Origin: Phoronis australis
Taxonomy: Eukaryota > Animalia > Phoronida
Direction of reading: 5' to 3'
DNA: 64,000 bases
NCBI GenBank assembly: GCA_002633005.1
Contig: NMRA01000291.1
Span: 1 to 64,000 of the forward strand
The position numbers and the translations under genes were made by a program. Below, in pieces: positions 12,901 to 22,400 of this stretch (within the stretch, counting starts at the first letter, position 1; each line of letters starts with the position of its first letter). Under the pieces are notes generated by a model, which was given only the letters and a program-made list of their open reading frames with translations, ran no database searches and was not told where the DNA came from.

Positions 12901-15900
12901 AATCTTTGTTCTCTGACCTCTCGATCTACTGTATGAATTGCGACCTCTTACGGAGGGCAAAGCTAAGAGGTGCAATCAAGTAATGTTTGACCTCTGACCT
13001 CTTGACTTGTCTGTTTGACCTTCATAGCCTTGAGCAGCTGCTCCCTCAACATGGCCTCGTCTTCCTCCTCCTCCTGCGCCACTGTCACCAGGGCTTCAAG
13101 GCTTGGAGGGTCAGGAGGTGGGGGTGGTGGGGAACTTGGAGGACTCTATAAGGACAAGCAGAAATATTGGACTCGGTTCTAGAAACATACTTACTCAGTT
13201 AATGGGTGACTTTAAATTTACTAGGTGACATCTTCTCAAGCATTGCTCACGTTTCTATTTTTTGTCAATTCTGTTTGTATTGCTTGTGACAAACTTTCCT
13301 GAAGTCTTTCTTTTCAAGGCAATATTCCAGATACCCCTACAGGTTAACAGTGATGGCCAACAACAATACATCTTAAGACAAATTTGGTCCATACTTACCC
13401 CCATAGGTAACGGTGGGGGAGGAGGTGGGGGAGCATCAAATAAGAATTGGGGAGAAGGGAAGAACTCTTCTACCTGCAGGGGCTCTGGAAAATACGAAAG
13501 GAAGTGAAACAAAATATCGCAGTTAACAACCAACTGAATGCAACCAGTGAATATTCTACATAATAATTTCAATATTTAGACTGAAAAAAATGACACAGTT
13601 TATTGCTTTTAAGCAAGTGTTTAAAGTACTTTTTTCAAGCACAGGGTGTGCTCAGCAGAGCCAACTGAGAGGAACAGCCGATACTAGTCTTCACTATAAA
13701 GCAGAAAGAAAAACACTTTAAATGGGATCCTTTGTGTCTGTCGAGGAGCAAACTTTGAGGTTAATCTCACCCGGATCGCTGTCTATCTCCATTTCCACCT
13801 GGTCGTAATTATCAGTCATGGGAGGATGGTTTGGCTGCAATCACAAAATGAAGTCTTTATACTTTGAAGGATAACACGGTGTCAACAAAAACATACAACT
13901 CACCCTACTTATAAGTGTCTCAGTTTGTCTTCTCACAATCACAGGCGTCAGTATCAATAAACACTTATATCACATTATAGCTCTAATACACACCAATTCA
14001 AATATCCCCATACATAAGGAGCTAATTGCCCGGAACCAGTTTTCTAAACTGAATAATGGGTGTCCAACTGGTTCTCAAAATGCAGACAAGTTAAATCTGA
14101 TTCTTGGCCTTAAAGATACTCTGTCTGCTTCTTTTCCATTAAAAACTTCATGACAGGAATTTCTCCACAAATGATACTCTTTCAATACATAATAAAATGA
14201 TTTCAAATTAACCAATATAATGTCTAAATTTTTAGTTGTGCACTAATAAAATGGCTGTCACAGATGAACTGCATTGAATTTCAGTTCTTATGACTTGACA
14301 GTAAAAAAAACAAAATACAAGCATGACTGGAATTCATGAAATGTTCCTCTTGTAAAGGTGTCTCTTGGTTGACGAGACTCTATCTGCATTCTGAGCTAAT
14401 GAAAATAGTATGGACTCTTAAAATTCTCCAAACTCATTTCTCTCTTAGGACGAGGACCAGTCTCAATGATTAAGGAGTGCTTTAACAAAGAACTTAGAAC
14501 AAATTTGCTAAGGTCCTTAGGAAATAAAATCTCACCAAGACAGAACACGAACTTCGAGTTTGCATACCCGAAGGATGAAGAACAGCAGATCTCACACTTG
14601 AAGCTCTGTATTACCTTAGTATAGCCACTTGGGGTTCTGTTAGTATAACCAATCAGCTGCATGAATCTTTCGTACTGTTCATTGGGGTCGTCCAGCAGAA
14701 GGATTTCATTGCTTTCTTGCCTTCGTCGCTCCTGGGCTCGCTCTCGCTGACCCCTGCCGACAGCAGGCGAGTCACGTGACCTGTTCCGACTAGCACGACG
14801 CCTGCGAGATGACCGACTGCCACTGCTAGCATCAACATCTGAAAGTTTGACCAAAAATTAATTTGGCAAGGAAATGATTTAAAAGACGTTTCTCCACAGT
14901 TAAAGCATACGGTTTTGAGTATGCAACTTCAGCTGGTGAAGAGATGGACCGTATATTAACTAATCTATGATAACACACATCTCATATGCAAATAACTGCT
15001 TGCAACCTCCAGTTGATCAAGAAATTTTATAATAAATGTTAAGTTTCACATCTCCAGTAGGTCTATTCAAGATACTCATAACAGTTCACTTCTTACAATG
15101 AACAACTCAACCGCACAGCATAAACCTGATGAAACTTTTCCATTTCAAAGACACATACCTTTATTAACATTTTGTGCTGTGCGCTGCTTGCGCTCTAACT
15201 CTTCCGTAGAAAGTTTTATTTGTGTCTTTGCTGCTGACGCCAGCGCCACCAGACGGAGCTTCAACTCATCATATTCATCCTCGTCTTCGTCATTCTGCTG
15301 AGCCTAAAATTTACAAGTGAATGTTTGTAATATGACGAATGTTTTTACTGTGGTGGCATTGGTATAAGTTTCGAAACTGAACAATGACAATAATATTGAT
15401 AACTTTAGTATTCTACAATATACAGTACACACCAAAAGTATTCAGACAAAATAATCTGAAATTCCTCATTATGACAGTTGGGCGGAGGCCAAACTCATAG
15501 TCAGTGTAGCCTTCCCTCATGACTGAAAATGAAAGATAATTTACAGGAAATATAGTAAGATGGCTAAGCCATCATGTAATTAGAATTTTGCCATTGTAAC
15601 AGTCATTTACAATCATTTTTGCTGTTAACCTCAGACTTACCTTTCATGACGAGTGAAACGTTATTTTGTCAGATTACATTTTTAAAGTACGAGAATAATA
15701 AAACCTCAAGATCAAAATGCTATCACAAGAAGTTGATAAGAGGCACTATTGATGAAATCAGCCAAAATGTTTTTTACACTACAGAAATGCTTAAAATGTA
15801 TCCAATTCTAGGCATTCTCCTTAAAATAAAGTTGTTTTTTCGCACTCATTTCCCACAAGATCGTTTTTTCTCATTCACCCCAGTATTTATTTTCTTATGA

Positions 15901-18900
15901 TCTATAATTCTTTATGTAACTATTACACATTTTATTTAAGACCACATACAAAACAAATAAATTCTCGCCTCCCCCACTGATCGCTCTCCCATGCCATGAG
16001 GTACGAAATAGCGGCATACCTCTAGATAGGAAAGGCAGGTCAGCAGCCTCGATTTCACTCCTATGGAGATTCACATAGCATTTGTTGTCTGAGTACTTTA
16101 TCTTATATCATATTTAAGTCACGTTGGGAAAGTATTACTGCTGTGCCGTGGACTACAATGCTGATTCAAGGAAGCTGGATAAGCGGTCATGGATCCGGGA
16201 CTTCACATTTTACCCCCTTCCCGATGGTTCTGAAGGACGAAAGACATGAAAATGTGTAGTCGTTTGCACAGTGCCACTGCTGTACAATCGCTACAATCTT
16301 ACCTCAAGGCAGAGAAGACCAGTACTCGGTGGAGTCCAGAATACAGGAATTGGAGCTTGTTTAAGGCCCTGAGAAGAATTTTACAGCCTGGCACTTATTA
16401 AACGTAGGACTACAGACTGTTAGTACACTACATCTGGGTGCCACGGTGGTTCAATAGGAAAGAAATGTTGGTAATACTCATTTAAAAGGGTCTCGCATTC
16501 TGAGAATTAGTTTCCTCCACTAAATAGCAGATATCAAATAGGTTCTCAAAATACAAAGACCTTATAACTGACAAGTGCCGCCTTCATAAAAACCAATCAA
16601 CAATTCATATGAAGACACATCAGCTAGGAAAACAGAATTGCATACATGACAAGAGATTGCTGCTTGCGAGAATCACCATCCAGTTGACGAAAAAGGGACT
16701 GCCTACTCTGATTTGAACTTCTCTAGGCGCCATTTGAAAAAGGCTGCCATTCAGTGATTACCAGACTTTTTTCCACTGAGGTGCTAACATCACGTATCCC
16801 ATAATCCCAATAGCGCTCAGTACGAGCGGAAATGGAGGTAATTGTAGAGGGAATGGAATAGTCTATACCTGAGTGTTCTCTTCTGTGTTGGTCTCATGCA
16901 CATCTTCATTTTGCACATTGGTTCCCAGTATCTGACCTGTTTGCTCCTCTTCCTTTTTAATCAGATCTAGCTTTGCTTGAATTGTCTTATACTGGGCCAG
17001 CAATTCATCGTAGTCATTGACATCGTCTACGCTGTTCTTACTCTCAGCTGAGATATTTGTGTTAAGGATAGAAAATACCACAGCACAACAGAGCAGTAAC
17101 AAAGGGGAGCATATGGTTCAAAACGAGACGCCTGGAGTCAGATGTACAATAGGAATTATTAAGATAATTGAGAAATGCTTTCGCAGACAGTAGTGATGAA
17201 ATGGCAAAAAACAAGGAATTAATTTTTAACCCCCTACTTGATATGTTGGCCATCAATCATTTCAACAATATACAGTTAAACATTGGTTTATTTAAACTAC
17301 CAAATATTGCTTCAACATAAACTTGACTGTAATAGTCAAAGTTCTTGCTAAGGGTATGCACTTAAAAAGCAAATAAGGGAAGTCATCACTTGAGCACAGG
17401 TGTACAAAAACCAAATGTGTTATATTTCAGGGTTGAGTATCTATCCCAATTACAAAGCCACTGCATCCTTGCCGGCCACATTAAAGAGAAGATTGAAATA
17501 AAACACTAACAGAACTGTCTGGTGGTCACCAAACAGTATGCACCGAGTCAGTTCCATACAGCCAAATCGCATAAAGAAGGTCATGATTAATAAAAGTTCC
17601 TTGCTATATTGTTCCATGCTACAAGTAACGAATTACCTATATTGCATAAAATTTGATTTGGCTATAAAACGAACATCGCTAACAGTGAACACTTTAGACG
17701 TAACTCGGGAGTGTTCGTAAAAATGCAGTTCGACTGTACTGGTGTGGACAAAGACCTTCATAATTTAATAAACAAATAAAATTAGAAAACCCTCAAACAC
17801 TATCTGACGATACGTTAATATGTTAATTAGCTGAACTCGAAAAACCAGCATTTCTTGGTCGAAACATGAGGTAGTACTTAGAATAAGGAGAACCAACCAC
17901 AGCATTACTCATCCTCCATTGTGTTTGGTGTTAAAACATATTGCTGCTCGTTTTTTCATGGTTTATAGTATAATCAAGAATGATGAGGCACTCCATTTGT
18001 GGTAGACGACTTAATATTTAAACACACTATGGCTCATTTCACTTTTCCGTGGGCCATCAGAGAAGCTTGGATATGGCACAAGTTTGTACAAGAAACTATC
18101 ATGTTGGTGGCCATGACACACTAGCACTGGGTACGTTCACACATCGAGCTCATGTCCATGGAGCTAAGAAACTTTCACTTGAAGTTACTTTTCGTCTATC
18201 TTCTCATTTTAGGATATTAACTTCGCGATTGTGATATGCAGTGCCTATAAAGTAAACTTAAGTGATGCTGACAATGTAACAATTTGTCAAAACAAGGTAA
18301 ATGGTGGTTTTAAGGCCGAGTCTAGACTAAATCATTTTGAGATCGAAAAAGGCTGGAGCACTTAAGGACATGAACAAAAATAACAAACACTGCTGACATG
18401 CCAGCTTTAGGGCCTTTGCAGATATTTTTCTTTGAAAACTAACACTGAAGCTGAGTCGAGAAAAACAAAAATAACCTGTCATTGGTTAGTTAATTTCATA
18501 AAACGTGTATATTGTCAGTTGGTTACTAGTGCTGTACATTTGATTAGTCATCTGGAATTTGTACACTTAGTGTATCAACAAGTATATCAAAATCATGGTA
18601 AGCGAATTAGAATCTTGGTAAGGAATATAACAAGCAGTTTTATGAGCATAAATGGCCTAACTTGATTTTTGGTTTTAGGGCAAAATGCAGCATTAAGTTT
18701 AGCTTGCCAATAATCACCGATAGACACAAATAACTAAATGATACAGGAAATGGAGCCTTTATCTCTTCTTTTTCGTCTCACAGCTGTTCCATAAACATTA
18801 GAGTGAGCACTAGTCCGTTGCACCCTTCTTCGATCATTCGAGTTGTTGGGTGGATATTCTCTGAGTTTTGCTCTTCGAGGTGGAAGTACTGTTCTTTTAT

Positions 18901-19192
18901 TGCTATGCCGGTTGGTGGAAGGCAAACGGTGGCGCCTGTTGCCATCTGGACCGTAATCATTTCTATACCAGTTGCGTGAAGATGGAGTCTGAGCTCTTTG
19001 TCTAGAATTCGAACGTTGCCTTTGGATTTGACGTGACCGACTGCTAGAGGAGGACGGAAATTCATCTAAAAGAGAGGGAATAACTTTCCGGGGAGCCATT
19101 CCATCAGAACCATCTAAAGTTAAATCTATGATCTCTCCGTCGTCCGATATTTCACCATCTTCTCTGCTTTGCTGAGAATCAGTCGCCATCAT
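765..19192 (-). CDS. ZFC3H1: Zinc finger C3H1 domain-containing protein (ZFC3H1/Red1-like PAXT adaptor), 5' part, 18 coding exons; continues beyond the left edge
   Basis: Phase-consistent GT-AG exon chain. Translated motifs follow the order recalled for human ZFC3H1: EDGEISDD; YDELLAQYKTIQ; DELKLRLVALASA; EQYERFMQLIG; DNYDQVEMEIDSD; Pro-rich segment; EEEDEAMLREQLLK; IPRHPTVVIPLGDDSEDS..GGLDSFLKSAR; LRLQKLEREFAEKIRKLKEA; FKAYRFS..LCRFDLMGSCNDDKCPWQH (C3H1 finger); DVRYF..ELEATLKMNP..WIKLA. Confidence 0.93.
1096..1570. repeat. Minisatellite, 18-bp unit CCAAGTGTTAACACTCGA decaying to 16-bp units
   Basis: About 25 directly visible copies; each full unit contains the palindrome AGTGTTAACACT. Confidence 0.95.
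2778..2996 (-). CDS. ZFC3H1: ZFC3H1 exon 17 (DYAEQFYQV...GHVYPYNMFTDARRWRP...)
   Basis: ctttcag acceptor, G|GTACGT donor; 219 nt, phase 1-1. Confidence 0.88.
3576..4811 (+). mobile_element. Helentron-associated non-autonomous element (HINE/DINE-1-like)
   Basis: 5' hairpin TACTTGGTGGAATTC-CCA-GAATTCCGCCAAGTA (3581-3613); 3' subTIR ATTCCGCCAAGT (4776-4787), short hairpin CGCTC/GAGCG and CTCTCGTT terminus. Confidence 0.7.
5015..5133 (-). CDS. ZFC3H1: ZFC3H1 exon 16 (QHNAGMKMKDLDVLVDFLSYDP...)
   Basis: Supplies the finger His; ttgcag/GTAGGT boundaries; 119 nt, phase 2-1. Confidence 0.9.
5529..5648 (-). CDS. ZFC3H1: ZFC3H1 exon 15, C3H1 zinc finger (FSQHYRGKISSRTYANKINPKQLLCRFDLMGSCNDDKCPW)
   Basis: zf-C3H1 signature C-RFDL-G-C-ND-C-W-QH; 120 nt, phase 2-2. 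Confidence 0.95.
6328..6434 (-). CDS. ZFC3H1: ZFC3H1 exon 14 (ISNSVIDSLFG...YNSSLNHFKAYR)
   Basis: ttttgcag acceptor, CG|GTAGGT donor; 107 nt, phase 0-2. Confidence 0.9.
6990..7129. repeat. 27-bp tandem repeat x5 (ATCATAAGCAACAACCTAATTGCTCAT) abutting the exon 13 donor
   Basis: Direct inspection. Confidence 0.92.
7131..7670 (-). CDS. ZFC3H1: ZFC3H1 exon 13 (DVKKPK...LRLQKLEREFAEKIRKLKEA...KSALE)
   Basis: tttctag acceptor, GAG|GTATGA donor; 540 nt open. Confidence 0.9.
8994..9152 (-). CDS. ZFC3H1: ZFC3H1 exon 12 (ALEFKQATDKKSKVVKDLQSKL...)
   Basis: tttttag acceptor, AAA|GTAAGG donor; 159 nt open, phase 0-0. Confidence 0.82.
9329..9459. mobile_element. 131-bp hAT-like MITE with 5-bp TSD ACTTG
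   Basis: Termini CAGTGGCGGATT...AATCCGCCCCTG; ACTTG at 9324-9328 and 9460-9464; related inverted copy at 36043-36145. Confidence 0.75.
10344..10518 (-). CDS. ZFC3H1: ZFC3H1 exon 11 (coiled coil, AELMDKKQEL...LRQQLIAAEKLVNANK...)
   Basis: ttcttccag acceptor, CAG|GTAACA donor; 175 nt, phase 2-0. Confidence 0.88.
11022..11158 (-). CDS. ZFC3H1: ZFC3H1 exon 10 (KKQTAETVSG...KFVKER)
   Basis: ttacag acceptor, AG|GTGAGT donor; 137 nt, phase 0-2. Confidence 0.8.
11344..11487 (-). CDS. ZFC3H1: ZFC3H1 exon 9 (IPRHPTVVIPLGDDSEDS...GGLDSFLKSARESVE)
   Basis: AG/GTAAGA boundaries; 144 nt; conserved motif. Confidence 0.92.
12501..12611 (-). CDS. ZFC3H1: ZFC3H1 exon 8 (QQNNGTESPIEPRP...NWPVL)
   Basis: tgtttcag acceptor, TTG|GTAAGT donor; 111 nt open, phase 0-0. 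Confidence 0.8.
12999..13145 (-). CDS. ZFC3H1: ZFC3H1 exon 7 (SPPSSPPPPPPD...EEEDEAMLREQLLKAMK)
   Basis: ccttatag acceptor, GAG|GTCAGA donor; 147 nt (neighbouring GTCA donors are possible). Confidence 0.82.
13399..13484 (-). CDS. ZFC3H1: ZFC3H1 exon 6 (proline-rich)
   Basis: ttttccag acceptor, GGG|GTAAGT donor; 86 nt, phase 1-0. Confidence 0.85.
13771..13834 (-). CDS. ZFC3H1: ZFC3H1 exon 5 (PNHPPMTDNYDQVEMEIDSDP)
   Basis: ttgcag acceptor, G|GTGAGA donor; 64 nt; conserved DNYxxVxMxxDS motif. Confidence 0.88.
14615..14838 (-). CDS. ZFC3H1: ZFC3H1 exon 4 (RS-rich...DDPNEQYERFMQLIGY)
   Basis: ctttcag acceptor, AAG|GTAATA donor; 224 nt, phase 1-0. Confidence 0.88.
15159..15303 (-). CDS. ZFC3H1: ZFC3H1 exon 3 (AQQNDEDEDEYDELKLRLVALASAAK...)
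   Basis: ttttag acceptor, AAG|GTATGT donor; 145 nt, phase 0-1. Confidence 0.9.
16869..17047 (-). CDS. ZFC3H1: ZFC3H1 exon 2 (ESKNSVDDVNDYDELLAQYKTIQAKLDLIKKEE...)
   Basis: Acceptor TCTCAG preceded by TCCTTAAC; donor CAG|GTATAG; 179 nt, phase 1-0. Confidence 0.88.
17048..18744 (-). other. Putative U12-type (minor) GT-AG intron, ZFC3H1 intron 1
   Basis: 5' site GTATCATTT (consensus GTATCCTTT, one mismatch); branch site TCCTTAAC at 17061-17068, about 14 nt from the AG; no polypyrimidine tract. Confidence 0.72.
18745..19192 (-). CDS. ZFC3H1: ZFC3H1 coding exon 1 (MMATDSQQSREDGEISDDG...RDKGSIS)
   Basis: ATG at 19192/19189; EDGEISDD motif; phase-1 donor T|GTATCATTT fits the phase of exon 2. Confidence 0.85.
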
Positions 19193-19450
19193 TGTGTAAC
19201 AGTTTACTAGTCACCCTTTGATTCTCAATTCCTCATTTTCTCTGAAATGGCTGAACGGAAATGCGAGCGCCCTCTTTTGAATGTGTCATTTTTCTTGTTT
19301 CCGATTCCGGTACAGTTGTTTTCGGAAAGGTTGGTGCGTGAGCAGACGATTTTTTCTGCTGAAACCTCTGACATATTTCTTCCCCTCCTGGAAGACTAGT
19401 GGTGGATTAACGAGTTTCACTTTCGTCTGATTTGGTAAACTTTTTCAAAG
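19193..19450. promoter_or_regulatory. Probable bidirectional promoter/5' UTR region shared by ZFC3H1 (-) and the PET-LIM gene (+)
   Basis: CpG-richer stretch just upstream of the ZFC3H1 ATG with ETS-like CGGAA/TTCCG motifs and a YY1-like AAATGGC; candidate plus-strand donor AAAG|GTAAAA at 19451. Confidence 0.45.
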
Positions 19451-22400
19451 GTAAAAGCTATCCTTGAAAATTTCTGTTATCTGTGAGTGTGAAATGAGTG
19501 TTTTTTATCTGTCTCAGCGGACTCGGTCTGCCGCTCAACCTCCTCAGCCCAGTCTTGGGCCTTGGCTTGGCGGCACCGTGTAACCTGAGGTTTTGTATAA
19601 TTCCCACTGTCGTCAAGAGGCCTGTTTGTCGGAGATTCTGATCTAGGGTTTTATTATTGTCTTGATTACCACAGTAGCGATAGCATCACTACCGTCCGGG
19701 AATAAAACACCGGCTGTTTAGACTGGCAGTTGTAGAGTTCATTACCTTTCACGACAAGAAAAATCTAGCCAGTCCAAAATCACGTGTTCTCATTTAAATT
19801 ATAGTACAATATCTCACATAATCTCATGAAGTCTAGCTTTTTAGCCAGGAAAGTTTTAAATTAAAGTTAGCTAAAATGATTCCGGGGTACCATTATTAAC
19901 CATTATTTGGTTCTGGCACCCGTTAATGAATGTTTTTAGTAACTCTTTGAACCGAGTGGTAGATAATTGGTCTGTGAGTTGTGATGTCGAACAAACGAGC
20001 ACTGGATGGGAATACTTATCAGTGGACTGTAATGACATCTGGATTAGCCTTCATTTCAGGTTAGGGTTGTTGTCTTGACCTTTTATAATGTTTAATTTTT
20101 TGTGGTCGCATTGTGTACCATTCTCCTGGAGTGTAAAAATCAAGAAATTTCCACTATCACGATCTAATTATAGATTATAGACAACAGATTCGCAACTCGG
20201 ACATTTTCTAGAGGAGGTGCAACTCTCCTAATTTATCTGTTTCAGTTTCCGGTTACTGTATTGTGACAGGAAATTCTCTCGTCTATTTTACTGTCCAGTA
20301 TAACAGAAAAAAATAATGATTTCGGCATTGAAACGCTGCTATGAGTACTTTTAGCAATGCTACTACCACCCGACCACACAACAGCTGACCAAGATTAGCA
20401 GATGACGTACTTGTCGGAAATAAAACTCGATAATTTGGCCAGATGTCGCTAGTGAATAATGACGTAGCGTAGCGGCTTGAGCGCAAAACCACAGATTTCA
20501 TCCATTGAAAGTATAGAGAGTTGGCAGTCCATGTAATGTAGTCTATGACCTAATCTAGAATCACGCTCCATTAAATTTGTCAATTACGCCTTTTGTGTTG
20601 GTACACAATACTGTGGTTAAGCTGGTCAGAGCTTACAGTCACACAAAGAAATGATACAGTGCCTCTGTCAGTGGTGCTTCCTTAGGGCCTTCATATGCCG
20701 GAAGTTTTTTTGGTGAATTATGCCTCACACTGACTAAATCACGATAGTCACATTGCTATAAGTACCTTTTGCGCATAGAGGGCTGGCGATGTCTTTAATT
20801 TCTTAAACAAATAATCGCGTAATCAAATTTTTTTTCGAGCAGTCCTTCGTTCAGTTGCTCAAATCGGCACGTGGCCATTTTTACACTGCTCACGCTAGGG
20901 TATATGACACCATATCATGTAATCAGGTCAAAATGTTTTACTGTACACGTGTCCTTTCCAGTGTTTCCCCTGGGTTTCGAAAGAAGCGTTGTGGTGAATG
21001 TTCCCAATGGGATGATAAGCCACACGTGGGTATGGGAAGTGGAACCCCCCCCCCAATTGTCTAGGCTTCGAAAGGAGCGTAGTGGTGAATGGTCGCAGCA
21101 ATGCAGAGCTAGTGTCATGGCTCCACAATGAAGTGTCATTGTGTGATATCTGTGTATGAAGAGTTTTGTATCAATGTAACATATTTCATTCACCAGTTAA
21201 GTTGCATTTAACGGGATTAGAAAGCAGACACACCAGAACAGGGTTTCAGACTACTCTTGAAAATTGAATTCTGCAGCTCTAGGCATGTACATAGACCTGA
21301 GTAGTATAATGAAACTTCCATTTATATCGTTGATATATTCTTACTCGACATAAGTCAGTTGGATCACCGTTAACAGGTATAGCAGACGATTTATTCATCC
21401 ATTCTTTGCAGACTACTATATTGAGATAACTAGGCTGGTCTATGGTTCATTAAACTTATCAATTTGTGCAATATAATTCGCAAATGTTGTATGATCTCTT
21501 TTGTAAACGTGAACACAAAAAGAATAAAATTTTCTGTTTTTCCACCTATTTCGTTAGTGTTCCATGGCACTTTGTTATTTTACAAAACTAATGTCAAGGT
21601 CGTTGTATTCAATAGCTGTGTATTGTTGGAGAACCACTAGTACTGAATTTAGGTTTGGGTAGAGTTCCCAGAAAAAAGTCGGCCAAAGTCATATTTCTTC
21701 GTTCAAAAACATGGCAATATCTCGCTAAATCTTGCTTTCCTAGTGAGGGCCTTACTTTATCGAACTTAATCCATGTCACCAACGCAAAGAAGGAGTGGGA
21801 TAAGATGACTATGTTTAACAAGGGCAAAAGTTCAAAATCTGATTTTAAATTATGGCTTTAAAGTTTCTCGTTCGATTCACGAACATCGACAGTAACCATG
21901 TATTTTTTGTATTGCGTATTCATTTTTACCATCATATTTTGCATAGTGGTGCAGTTTTCCTATCAGGATTAGGTGTTTGGCACTCAAATTTGGGCAAGGT
22001 TACGAGTCAGATTGGTGGGGCCTAAAAGGAGTGTGGTGGGCTGCTCAGATTCTTACATGCAGGGGCAAACAATGCTTTCCGTTACTTCTGTTACGTCTCT
22101 CATTGTAGTTCCGCATTCCAGATGAGCTTACTAAGGTATAAGGGCCTGAACCTCTGCCCTTATTGATGTATTTTTTTGATAGTCTTGATTCTTGGAAGTG
22201 TGGTTCACTAATAAGTTTCTTACATCCTTGTTTATATTCTTTTATTGAGTAATTTAAAATACTGCAGTGTTTTATCCTTTTATTAAAACTGTAATTGTAT
22301 AAGAGCAACACATAAATTCACTTGTAAGGGCCTTTCTTGCTAACGTAGATGTGTGGAGTGTTGGTAGGTACCAACAGTTACCTTCGGTCTTGAATGGAAG

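Noticed and set aside
15620-15700. Strong minus-strand donor AAG|GTAAGT at 15640 as a possible ZFC3H1 exon end
   Set aside because: Stops in all three frames within ~35 nt upstream; exons 2 and 3 join in phase without it
18777-18782. GTGAGA donor as the end of ZFC3H1 exon 1
   Set aside because: Phase 0 is incompatible with the phase-1 acceptor of exon 2
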